Positions 53,032-64,000 of a stretch of DNA of 64,000 nucleotides are shown here, piece by piece. The position numbers were made by a program, and so were the translations under genes. The notes under the pieces are model-generated. The model was not told the origin of the DNA and did no database searches. It saw only the letters and a program-made list of their open reading frames with translations. Numbering within the stretch: position 1 is the stretch's first letter; each line of letters starts with the position of its first letter. Source of the stretch: Octopus vulgaris (lineage: Eukaryota); assembly GCA_951406725.2 (NCBI GenBank), contig OX597815.1:120962001-121026000 (forward strand). Direction: 5' to 3'.

Positions 53032-53035
<4 letters not shown>
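51222..53035 (+). mobile_element. 5'-truncated Penelope-like element (Neptune-like) with GIY-YIG and 3' pLTR hammerhead
   Basis: RISSLSS..YNKALKHSGF..NIGKYFL.LIDRHFP; ORF 51606..52043 CPLNEAC..IIYEATV..KYVGLTEGNFKARFNNH..CGLC..LNSRTELFGSC; ends in (TA)n. Confidence 0.9.
52932..53000 (+). ncRNA. Type I hammerhead ribozyme in the PLE pLTR
   Basis: gataa-CTGAAGA-gatg..catc(t)-GAAA-ctcggag-TT-ttatc; stem I gataa/ttatc extended by gcc/ggc. Confidence 0.7.
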
Positions 53036-53068
<33 letters not shown>

Positions 53069-53070
<2 letters not shown>

Positions 53071-53625
53071 CAAATGAATAATAGCAGATAATGGATAATT
53101 GTCACCTCATTACAGCTGTTTCTAACGCATTGTTTTTTAAATAGACGAATGAGAAAATTACTCCATTACAAAAAAACCCATAATCATCAGATGAAACGTA
53201 ATTTTGCAAACAAAATAATATCCACGTCCCTGCTGTATTCTCAGAATATTCTCTTGTTTGTAAAATTAGGTTTCATCTGATGATTACAGGTTTTTGTAAT
53301 GGAGTAATGTTCCCATTCTTCTATTAAAAATAATGCGCAAGAAACAGCTGTAATGAGCGGACAATTATCCATCGTCTGTTATTATTCATTCGATCATAGT
53401 ACACCAAGGGGATTTACAACTTGTCGGACTCCCTAGAGTATACCAACAACATACAATTCAATGTAACGGATGCTTTGGACCATTGGGATGGTTTTCTCTG
53501 TGTACACAACCAGAATATCCTATTTGATATTTACCAATCATAGGCCAGAACTGCAAGTTTATCCAACTCTACCTGATGCATATCTCTTCACGTACCTGAT
53601 TCTATCTGAATCCTTATTTTGCTAT
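53069..53625. mobile_element. Fold-back element: ~150-bp inverted arms (53069-53394), each with an HHR-like motif, plus unique tail
   Basis: ttcat-CTGATGA (53277-53283)..GAAA-cagctg-TA-atgag (53341-53357), mirrored in the left arm. Confidence 0.75.
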
Positions 53626-53879
53626 ATATCATCATCATTATCATCAACCTCATCGTTTAACGTCCGTTTTCCATGGGTTGGACAGTTTGACTGGGGACTG
53701 GAGAGCCAGCAGCTGCACCAAGCCCCAATCTGATCTGGCAACGTTTCTACAGCTTGAGGCCCTTCCTAATGCCAACCACACCAAGAATGCAGTGGGTGCT
53801 TTTCACATGCCACCAGCACAGGGGCCAGTCAGGTGGGCCTGACATCGATCATGTTCGAATATGCATGTGTGTGTGTGTT

Positions 53880-53919
<40 letters not shown>

Positions 53920-54014
53920 ACATAAATTGTGCACTTTATGCAGCCTTAAGGCTTCTAATTCTTACTCCTTGCAATATAGGTGCTATTCAGCACCTTCAAT
54001 CACAGTTAATAATA

Positions 54015-54270
54015 TAATAAATGTGCCCTTTTAAAGCCTAGCCAGGCTCATGGGCCCAGTTTCCTGGTTTCAATGGCGTATATGTTCCCCAGCTGGACAA
54101 GATGGCAGTCCATCGCAGCATTACTCATTTTTGCCAGCTGAGTGGACTGGAGCAACGTGAAATGAAGTGTTTTGCTCAAGAACACAACGTGTTGCCTGGG
54201 CCAGGAATTGAAACCACAATCTTACGATCATGATGATGACACCCTAACCACCAAGCCATGCGCCTCCACT
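54015..54270 (-). mobile_element. SINE family C head with a different 3' body
   Basis: Shares the 54125-54270 segment with 49140-49275. Confidence 0.7.
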
Positions 54271-54741
54271 TCAATCACCATTACTGATGATTAAATTTTA
54301 CCTTTCTTATCTTGTATTGCACCTAGCTGCTTATACTAATTTATATATATATATATGAATATGATATATAGTTACAGAGACAAGTACCTATATCTCTCTT
54401 ATATAACAGTGACCCAGATCCATCGCTTTCAACAGGTGGCCTGCTCTGTCACATTTATGAATTATTGATAATGCCATTTTGGCTAAGATCAAAATGTAAT
54501 ACTTTCCTATTGAATACAAAGAGTGAAGTCAGTGCGAAATGATCTCTGTGGTTTCACCTGCCATTCCAAACAGTTGCACCATTACCTATAATTAATAAAA
54601 TTGTCATCAATCCTGATGGCACAAGTACACTATTTGACACATCATATAAACACATATATATATACACACATATACACAAATACTCTCAGAAATATATATA
54701 TATATATATATATATACATACATACATATGGAGATATATAG

Positions 54742-54772
<31 letters not shown>

Positions 54773-55149
54773 CATGTGTGTGTGTATATATATATGTATA
54801 TGTGTGTGTGCATGTGTGTATATATATATATATGTATGTTTATGTATATAAATTTGTGCGTGTATGTATTTGGAAACAAATGAATAAGAATGACATTTCT
54901 GATAATTTTTTTCCCCACTAAGTGATTAGATGTATACGTTTCTGCCAATCTGAGCTGGCAGAATTGTTAGCAAATTGTATAAATGACTTACCAGCATTAC
55001 TTCGTGCTTTATGTTCTGAGTCCAAATGATATGATTTGTAAAGATCTAACAATTGAAGTAGAAAAAATTATCAGAAAAGTCATTCTTATTCATTTTTTTT
55101 TTAATATATAGTACTGTACCAAAATCTTCTACTATATACATATATGTGG

Positions 55150-55755
55150 TGCAGGCACAGATGTCTGGTAAAAGCTTACTTCCCAACCACATGATTCCAG
55201 GTTCAATCCCACTGTGTGTCACCTTGGACAAGTGGATTCAGCTATAGCCTCAGGCCAACCAAAGCCTTGTGAGTGGATATGGTAAAGAAGCCCATCATGT
55301 ATGTATAGATATATGTGTGTGCGTGTATATATATATAACGGAATATTTTATATGCTTATAACGGAATATTTTAAAGAAACACTCATTATGACTATGAACT
55401 CCGTGTGGGCAGTCATCTAAAAGTCTTTGTTCATCATGATGCTGACATAAATTCCTTGTCTTTCCTGATGAGAAGGCGGCATAATGCACCCCTTATTCCT
55501 TCGGAATTAGGAATATGCAGTCTTCGAAACATATGTCGAGAATAAAGGAATTTTGTTAAATCGTCATTCGACTCCATTCTTTCATTTATATATATATATA
55601 TATATATATATTTATGTGTGTGGATCTTTGTGTCTGTGTTTGTCCCCCTCCACCATCATTGCTTGATAACAGATGTTGGTGTGTTTATGTCCCTGTAACT
55701 TAGCAGTTCAGCAAAAGGGATTCATAGAATAAGTACTAAGCTTACAAAGAATAAG
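55150..55755 (+). mobile_element. SINE family B interrupted at its internal microsatellite by an HHR unit (~55330-55610)
   Basis: Head at 55150-55297; body resumes tgtgtctgtgtttgtcccc..gtaacttagcagttc at ~55615. Confidence 0.75.
55449..55553 (+). ncRNA. Canonical type I hammerhead ribozyme; predicted cleavage after GUC at 55537
   Basis: CTGATGA 55465-55471; stem II gaaggc/gtcttc; GAAA 55526-55529; palindromic stem III acatatgt; stem I tttc/gaga extended by aaattcctt/aaggaattt. Confidence 0.85.
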
Positions 55756-55939
55756 CATCTACAATGGTGCCACGTAAATGCACCGGTGCCAGTGTCTCAT
55801 GTGAAGCACCCAGTACACTCTGTAAAGTGGTTGGCATTCATTTTGTCAAGAAAGGGAGGAGAAATCTAAGTAAAAATCCAATTAAAAGAATCAATTCTAC
55901 TAATAGATATTACCACTTTTCTTTCATTCATGGATTTAC

Positions 55940-56160
55940 CTAATGAATGCCTGTTTTGAATTGGTGGTCTGTTGGAACTGAAGGAAAGGAGCTGGATCTT
56001 GACATATACAGTTCATGTTTTCTTTGCATTCCTGCAATCTTGTTTTGTTCAGAGGATAGTGGGGCAGCATTGCTGCTGGTGCAGCTTTGCCAAGCAGGGT
56101 GGCCCTGTGCTTGCATTTCCCAATTCACTAAAATTCTCTTACTAAAAATTGAGAATTCTT
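55940..56160 (-). CDS. Candidate exon of an unidentified gene
   Basis: Acceptor ctttggacAG, donor TAG|gtaaat, GC-richer non-repetitive block; frame from ATG 56070 stays open to the donor. Confidence 0.25.
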
Positions 56161-56942
56161 CTGTCCAAAGAAGAATATGTTCAAAACAATGAATTTCCTT
56201 TTTGCAGATTTTTGTATCATCACAGAGAAGGAAAAATGGTTTCAAATTTTGAAACAAGGCCAGCAATGCTTTTTTTAGGGGAGTGGGATAGTTGATTACA
56301 TCAACCCCAGTTCTCCTCTTATTTTATCAACCCTGAAAGGATGAAAGACAAAATCAATCTCAGCAGGATTTTGAACTCAGAATTTAAAGAGTTTGAAGAC
56401 TAGTAGTAGAAACAAAAATTACTTACGAAGCTCTTGTTGCATTTAATATTTGTAATTCAACCAAATTATCAAAATGATTAACACATCGATTATATGTCAG
56501 TGAACTATAAATTGATAGCCAGCGTGGCATCAAATTGTTTTTATTTTTTGTTGTTTTTTTTTTTGTCGTGTTTTGTTTCTTTACACTATTCCACCTTAAA
56601 ACTGTTTGGCAACTTTGTCATGAAATTTATCATAATTTAAATTTCAAAGTCACCGATAAAATTTGTTGAAAAAGGAAAAATACAGCAATTCCTACCATAA
56701 TCACAATGACAAATTACCTTAATCACTTCAATGGTAAATATTGACAGCTTAAACTCTGGTGATTTTTTTTTTTTAATAAATTTTGAATTTTGTAATGAAT
56801 TTGAACCGATAAGAAAATTTATCAATCAATTCAGATATTTATTACATATAAATTAATTTGGTGAAAATGGGCACTAAAAGTTTTGAAAAGTGTTGTAGTA
56901 CATTGTAATACTGTCTGTTTATGTGTGATACTACTTGTAAAA

Positions 56943-57098
56943 CATGGCTGTGTAGTAAAAAGTTTGCTTACCAACAACAAAGTTCTGGGTTCAGTCTCAA
57001 TGTGCGGAACTTTGGGCGAGTGTCTTCTACCTTAGTTTTGTGCTGACCAAAGCCTTGTGAGTAGATTTGGTCTTCGAGAAATGAAAGAAGCCCATTGT

Positions 57099-57131
<33 letters not shown>

Positions 57132-57330
57132 TGTTTGTGTCTGTGTTTGTACTGCACCACCATTTGAAAACTTGGTGTGTTTATATCCCCGTAACTTAGC
57201 AGTTTAGAAAAAAAAGGAAATTAATAGAATAACTGCCAGGCTTAAAAATAAAAATTAAGTAGTGGTGCTGATTCGTTAGACTAAAATTCTTCAACGCCCT
57301 AATGACTGAAACAAGTGAAAGATAAAAGAT
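56943..57330 (+). mobile_element. SINE family B, full length with internal (GT)n
   Basis: tggctgtgtagtaa..gggttcagtc..gaccaaagccttgtgagt..gtaacttagcag..aatgactgaaacaagt. Confidence 0.8.
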
Positions 57331-59484
57331 TTATTACTATTTATTTCTATGGTTATAAGTCCTGGGTAATATATTAATCTGCATCCAGTAATGAGGCTCC
57401 AGTTAAGGAGTTCAGGTGTTTGAGGAAGTATAGAGTTACCCCTTGGTCACTACTACTCTTGGGTAGTAGCATCTCTCAAGGACACTGCTTTAAGGAAAAC
57501 ACCTGGAGATAGATTCGTGGCATATAAGCCTTAGAAAAGGACTGGCTTCTAGATAGGTGTCATGTTGGCCCATAGATGTATGGACATACTCTGATGTCAT
57601 ATGAACCAACCCCTTTTGTTTCATGCTTAAATAAGCCTTATGTCACAAGCAAAAGCTTAGGGAAATGAGAGACCAGCAGAGTAAACTGTAAATAAACAAG
57701 CAGACAACATGGGGAAACCACTGTTGTATTTTCCAAGAAAACTCATGGGGCTTCAGAGTTTACTGGAACGAATGGATTTCTTTGATTGCTAACATCACTC
57801 GCAATCTCACATGACAAAACAACTTATAAAAAGAACCTAAATGCCTAGAAATAATATAACAAAGTTTATGATGAATTTAATATCAGTTGCAGTGGAATTG
57901 CATCAGTGACCACATTGCAGTTTTGCAATGGAAACTTTGACACCTCATCATCATCGTGTTATTTAACGTCCATTTTATATGCTGGTATAGGTTGGATAGT
58001 TTGACAGGATTGGGCAAGCCACAGGTTGCGTCAAGTTCCAGTGTCAACTTTGGCATGATTTCTATGGAAGATAGTTGGATGCCCTTCTTAATGCCAGTGC
58101 TTTACAGTGTGTACTAGGTGCTTTTCTTATACTACCAGCACTAGTTCAGGAAAATTAAAAAGGAAAGCCTCCCTCGATTAAGTGTTGGAGGTGGGGGAGC
58201 AAGGTGTTGAGAGACTAAAGTATGATAGAGAGACAAGCACAAGTATCTTGCTACAGAAAATACACATGGTTGCCCTGCATTTTATGAGGGTGGCTGGGAG
58301 AAACTGGGAAGATAAAATGGTGGTGAAGGGGTGCCAGAGCAGACCTTCAAAGTCCAAGATGAGTATAAGAAAGGATATTGACAGTGGATAAGGGGAAAAT
58401 AGGTAGTTTCTTAAAAGTGTGAGGAGTGACTGATGGTCAGAGATGGAAGTTAAAGGTGAATGTAGCAAGTGATGAACAAAGGTGGAAATGTGTTTAATGA
58501 TAAATACCAGAGATGATAAAACGGGAGAGGGAGAAGTGGCTTGGGAAGGAAGATAGACCAGAAAGGTGTAGGAATGGTGGGGAGAGAGATATAAAGGTAC
58601 AGAAGAGTAGCTATTGTGAGTGGGACATGAGGGTGCCTATAAGAGAGCATTGAAAATGATAGTAGATTTGAAATATGAATGTATTTAAAGTTTAACATCT
58701 TTGTGTGGTTTTAAATGGTTAGAACAAATCTTCTACAATCTAGTTGCTTCAGTGTCAACATATGGCCTTAGATCAAGTCAGTTGCCAGACAAGCACTACT
58801 CTTAAATTTTAATTATTCCAACTCATAATCCTTTTGAACATCTCTGATTCTTTCAATTAATCAATTTTTCATTATTGAATTGTCTAACGAATATATTTGA
58901 CGATTCCTTTCAGCATGGTAAGTTGCAAATCTTTTCACAGCTAGTGCAAAATATTGATGTCTTCAAAAAACACTTAATTAATTGCTAATTTTGTAAACAT
59001 GAAAGTAAATGTTCAATGATTGAAATCTTTTATAAAACTCTCTTATTTCAATTAATTAATTAACTATTTAAACAGATTTATTTGTTTTTGTTCTCTATAC
59101 AATGATAAGTATTTATTGCTCTGTATTTTTCTTTTTATAAAACATTTAGCTTGAAGGAAAAATAGTTACAACTTGTGAACAAACTGGTGTGATGGATGGC
59201 GATGGGTAGTAAGTTGAACTTTACAACTGCCAAAGGTGACAGTAGTTAGAAAGGTTAGAAATCGATTTGAAGGAAAATTTATACACAACCTCAAAGTGAT
59301 AACCAATATTAAGATTTAAGTCAATATAAAATGGATGGCATTTTGTTCTTTTACCAGTTTCAGTGATAGGTTCATGACCATGCTGGAGCATAACAACAAA
59401 TCACAGCTGCTGGATAATTTTTTCAACTGTTACTGGTACATGTGTGTGTGTTTTTAGCACTATACATGTATTAGAGATATTATC

Positions 59485-60058
59485 CAGCGACCGAGACCTT
59501 TGGAAATATGCTGTACGTGAGAAGACCAGGCAGGACAAGTGAGCCCAGCCCACTTATGAATGTCTTTCCTCCCTTGGACACAAAGACCTGTTGAGGCAAG
59601 CGAAGTCGTTATAGAACCTCATCCGACGACAGGCACCCATGCCAACCCCCTTTGCTTGCGAAGACATGTTGGGGCAAGCGAAAGCGAAATCGAAATCGAA
59701 TTGAACCAGCCAGGATCCCTGGTCTGGTGGTACGTAAAAAGCACTATCCGACTCGTGACCGATGCCAGCACCACCTCGACTGGCTTCCGTGCCGGTGGCA
59801 CGTAAAATACACCAATCCGACCGTGGCCGTTGCCAGCCTCACCTGGCACCTGTGCAGGTAGCACGTAAAAAGCACCCACTACACTCACGGAGTGGTTGGC
59901 GTTAGGAAGGGCATCTAGCTGTAGAAACATTGCCAGATAAGACTGGAGCCTGGTGCAGCCTTCTGGCTTCCCAGATCCCCGGTCGAACCGTCCAACCCAT
60001 GCTAGCATGGAGAATGGACGTTAAACGATGATGATAATGATGATGTTGATGATGATGA
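59485..60058 (+). mobile_element. RTE-type 3' end / RTE-partner SINE with (GAT)n tail; CpG-rich, so relatively young
   Basis: ggcacgtaaaa subrepeats, ggttggcgttaggaagggcatc, ccaacccatgctagcatgga..ggacgttaaacgatgat; reverse complement of 33755-33950. Confidence 0.8.
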
Positions 60059-60353
60059 GTACAGCAGTAAGTTAGGATTTCAACAATGCATCTGCTTTAA
60101 GTATGCTACAAAGGTTGCTACTTTAAACTAATACCGCTTCTGCTGTACATAATGAAGTCTTATTCAACTATATTGACCTCAGCATTTGTAGTCTTGGGTT
60201 CATTTTATTTATCTTCAACAAACTATGAAGTTAGAATGCTTCAAGGGAGGTACATAAGAAATTATTTCCACAGATTTTTACACTGATATACACAAACACA
60301 TATACATGCATATACATATATGCACTCCATACACATACACAAACACACACACA

Positions 60354-60500
<147 letters not shown>

Positions 60501-61920
60501 ACATATACAAATGTAAATAAAGTCATAATGTTATTCCTCTTCTGTCATTCATTAATTGCTATTATGCTCCTGACTCTTAACACTAAAGCATAAATATATG
60601 CTAACAACTGATTACTAGTATCATGATGCCAAAGCAAAGTCATAAAGTACACACACACACAAGGAGATATCAGCTTAATGAACACATTGAGTTTATGTTT
60701 GACCTCTGCCTTTTGTCTGTTCTTAAGCAGTGTTTATATTGTGATGTTCTTGAGACTGCTGGATTGAATGGTACTGCCCAGGTGTCAAAATAATAATGAT
60801 ATCTGTTTGGTAGTGAGGATGGGATGTATACATATGCTATGTTTGTTTCTTTGTATTTGTTTTCTCATTGAGAATCTTTTATATTTTGTTATTGTTTCAG
60901 AGTTGTCCTCCATTGAAGATTCTAGTTTTAATAAGGGTTAGGACTTGCTCAAGAAAGTACTAATTTATGGGGATTTTGTTGCACATACACACACACACAA
61001 ACACACACAGAAAGATGTAGAATGAAGTGGGGAAAAGTGACCCCAAGAAGTTAAACCTCAGAGAAAAGATGAAAAGGTATCAAGAGGAATGGCAATATGC
61101 TGAGCTTGAAAATATTTGCCCATCTCATCAAAAATTGCATTCTATCAAACCTTCACCACAGTACATCTTCTAACACCTGTCTTTCATCAGTCTTCCCTAT
61201 TACCCTATTTCCTTCCGTCACTCCTCCTCTGCTGAATTGACATTCTCTGCACTCAGTCCACTCTCCTGGATGGTTGGTGTTAGGAAGGACATCCAGCCAT
61301 ATAAAATATGCCAAAACAGATACAGAAGTTTGGTGCAGTTCCCACCTGGTCAGCTCCTGTCAAAATGTTCAACCCATGCCAGCATGAAAGGAGGAGGTTA
61401 AATGATGATGATGATGATGCACCCAACTCATTCCCTCTCCATATTCATCTGTCACATTATTCTCACTCTAGTGCACTTACCTACACATCTACCTTTTTCT
61501 GCTCCTCTACCTTTTTTTTTGTCTTTCATATTCACCTTGTACCTTAACCTCACATCTCTCTCCCTCCCCCTCCCCCCTCTCTCTCCTCCCCCTCCCCCCT
61601 CTCTCTCTCCTCCCCCTCCCCCCTCTCTCTCTCTCTCTTTCCTCTGTATTGTCCATTCATTTGAAACTGTTCAACCTATGCAAGTATTGGAAAAGGGACA
61701 TTAAATGATGATGAAGATAATGATATATATATATATATATAAAATATGAATTATATATAATATATGTATATATTTATAATAATAAGGGTTTTTGCAACAA
61801 GTTGCTTAAACCACATACCGAAACTATTAGAAATAGCAGCCAAAGAGGTGAAATTTGTTGATTTTATTAAATCAATTATATTTCACCCTATATCTGTATT
61901 GTATATATATTTATAGATAT

Positions 61921-62551
61921 ATAATATAAATGTGTAACAGTAGAGGTACAGGTGTCACTCCATTACAGCTGTTTCTAATGATTCCTTTAATTGATTCATG
62001 AAAACATTACATCATTGTCAAGAACCCGTTTTCATCAAATGAATTCATGAACTTCAAAATACACTGATTCTGATACTATTTCACTTGGCAACTGAAATAG
62101 TAACAGAATCCCTGTAAATGTTTCAGCTCTGTGGATTTTAAATTATGTTAAATCATTCTGAATGTCCTTTATTTTGAAGTTCATGAATTCATTTGACAAA
62201 AATGGTTTCTTTATGATGCAATGTTTTCATTAATCAATTAAAGGAGTCATTGCAAATGGCCATAACAGATTGACACCTGTACCTCTACTGTTACTCATTT
62301 ATATTTTATTCACTTGTCTCGGAATTGGCCCTCATAAATATTATCAACAGTATATTTAATATAATGTACATGTCTGATTAGCTCAAGAGCGGATTTCTTC
62401 ACTCAGCTAGGTCTAATTGTCTACATAATCTGCAAGAATATCATTCAGCCAGTACTTATGTACCAGGTTTAATATTTACTTAATATTGTTGTGAGTGTAT
62501 ATTATTCCGATCTAACAAGGTGCCTCAATTTAAGTACCTAATTCAACTGAA

Positions 62552-62557
<6 letters not shown>
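61921..62557. mobile_element. Fold-back element related to 53069-53625: arms 61921-62061 / 62170-62309, spacer with a small inverted repeat, tail ending in (TA)n
   Basis: Shares cattacagctgtttctaa, tcatca(a/g)atgaa and the tail end gtacct(a/g)attc..ctgaatc with the 53-kb copy. Confidence 0.75.
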
Positions 62558-62591
<34 letters not shown>

Positions 62592-62621
62592 ATGTAGAGT
62601 ATCATTGGACTTCAAAAATCC

Positions 62622-62680
62622 GTCCTACATTGATGTAAGAATAGGTTGTTGTATAAAGCTTGAAACACGTGTACTGCGAC
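62622..62680 (+). ncRNA. Degenerate hammerhead-like motif in a TA-flanked unit
   Basis: TTGATGT-aag..ctt-GAAA-cacgtg-TA; palindromic stem III; two mismatches in the CTGATGA core. Confidence 0.4.
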
Positions 62681-62713
62681 ATCCTTTGTGTTCTGTTTTT
62701 TTATTTCATTTGA

Positions 62714-62768
<55 letters not shown>

Positions 62769-63186
62769 ATGTATATATATTATCTTTTACTGGTTTCAGC
62801 CATTAGACACTGGTCATGCTGGTGCACCACCTTGATAGTTTTCAGCAGATGGAATCAACCCCAATATTTATTTTTTTAAATCTGGTATCACTTCTGTCTC
62901 TACTGCTGAACTGCTAAGTTATCTGGGTGTAAATAAACCAACATTAGTTGTCAAGTAGACATGGGCGACAAACACATACACAAAGACACACACAGACACA
63001 CATACATGCACACACATACATGCACACACACACATATAAGTACAGGATGGGTTTCCACACAGTTTCTGTCTACCAAACTTTACTCTCAAGGCATAAATAT
63101 TCTTCTATTCTTTTACTTGCCTCAGTCATTTGATGGCAGCCATGCTGGAGCACTGCTTTAAAGAGCTTTAGTTGAACAAATTGATG

Positions 63187-63334
63187 AGGTGTGCAAATAC
63201 CTGATTAAGCAAGTACTTGATTATGCAACTGTTGCCCTGTATTATGAGATCTAGTTGTGTTTCCTCAGGTGAGAAAATGCAACTAGATCTCATAATGCAG
63301 GGAAATAGTTGCATAATCAAGTACCTGCACACCT
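63187..63334. mobile_element. Palindromic MITE-like element
   Basis: gtacttgattatgcaact..ccctgtattatgagatctagttg is mirrored by caactagatctcataatgcaggg..agttgcataatcaagtac; ends aggtgtgca/tgcacacct. Confidence 0.75.
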
Positions 63335-63740
63335 GGAGAACAAGACTGTGCTAAAACAATTGTAGTGATTAAAAAATAAATGTCTATCGTTAGTAGATCC
63401 ATCTTTTTCTCCCATGTGATATCCCTGTACATCTCTGACAATGACTGACAAACTAATAATAATGCATTTTTTTACTAATATGATTATGAGAGAGGTTTCT
63501 CAAAATATCATTATTATCATTTTAACCTCCACTTTTGAGTCCAACAGAATTCAATGGAACAAATTTTCTATTGCTGAATGCCTTGCCTGTCACTAACCCT
63601 TACCTGTTTCCAAGCAAGGTATTTTTTCCACAAGGGTGAAATATGTTTCCATGGAAGATTGAATAGCATTGTTTGTATTAAGAAAACACTCGTTAACAAA
63701 TAATTAGTGGTGCCAGGATGGGTGATTCTGATCTTTTCAA

Positions 63741-63791
<51 letters not shown>

Positions 63792-64000
63792 TGGTAGATT
63801 CTGTTAAGAATGTAGTAGAGTACAGTATAAAGCTTGTCCAACTTCAGATTTACCTTGTGCTATCCAGTAGTAGTATTATACATACTTCCAGGTTTGCTCA
63901 AAGGGGTACAAAAACAGCATGATGTGACAAGCCCCACTGCTGATAGTGAGGGTTGTGTTCTATACTTTGACTTGAACATAGAACGGTACTTGCATCTTTG

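Overview
This is AT-rich, microsatellite-dense eukaryotic DNA, intronic or intergenic. The repeat landscape is most consistent with a coleoid cephalopod such as Octopus (inference). I found no confidently identifiable host gene, only a few low-confidence exon candidates. The window is a mosaic of decayed mobile elements: three Penelope-like retroelements (PLEs, GIY-YIG), two families of restriction-like-endonuclease (RLE) non-LTR elements, RTE LINE fragments, three tRNA-derived SINE families, four mariner copies plus MITEs, piggyBac MITEs, four Helitrons and a DINE-1/HINE-like element. The most notable signal is about ten hammerhead-ribozyme (HHR) motifs, mostly in short non-coding units sitting in (TA)n tracts. 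One is fully canonical (55449-55553). Several are fold-back palindromes of two inverted HHR-like arms plus a unique tail. One lies directly downstream of a tRNA-like Pol III promoter inside a PLE 3' end. All structures were read by eye, so boundaries of degenerate elements are approximate.
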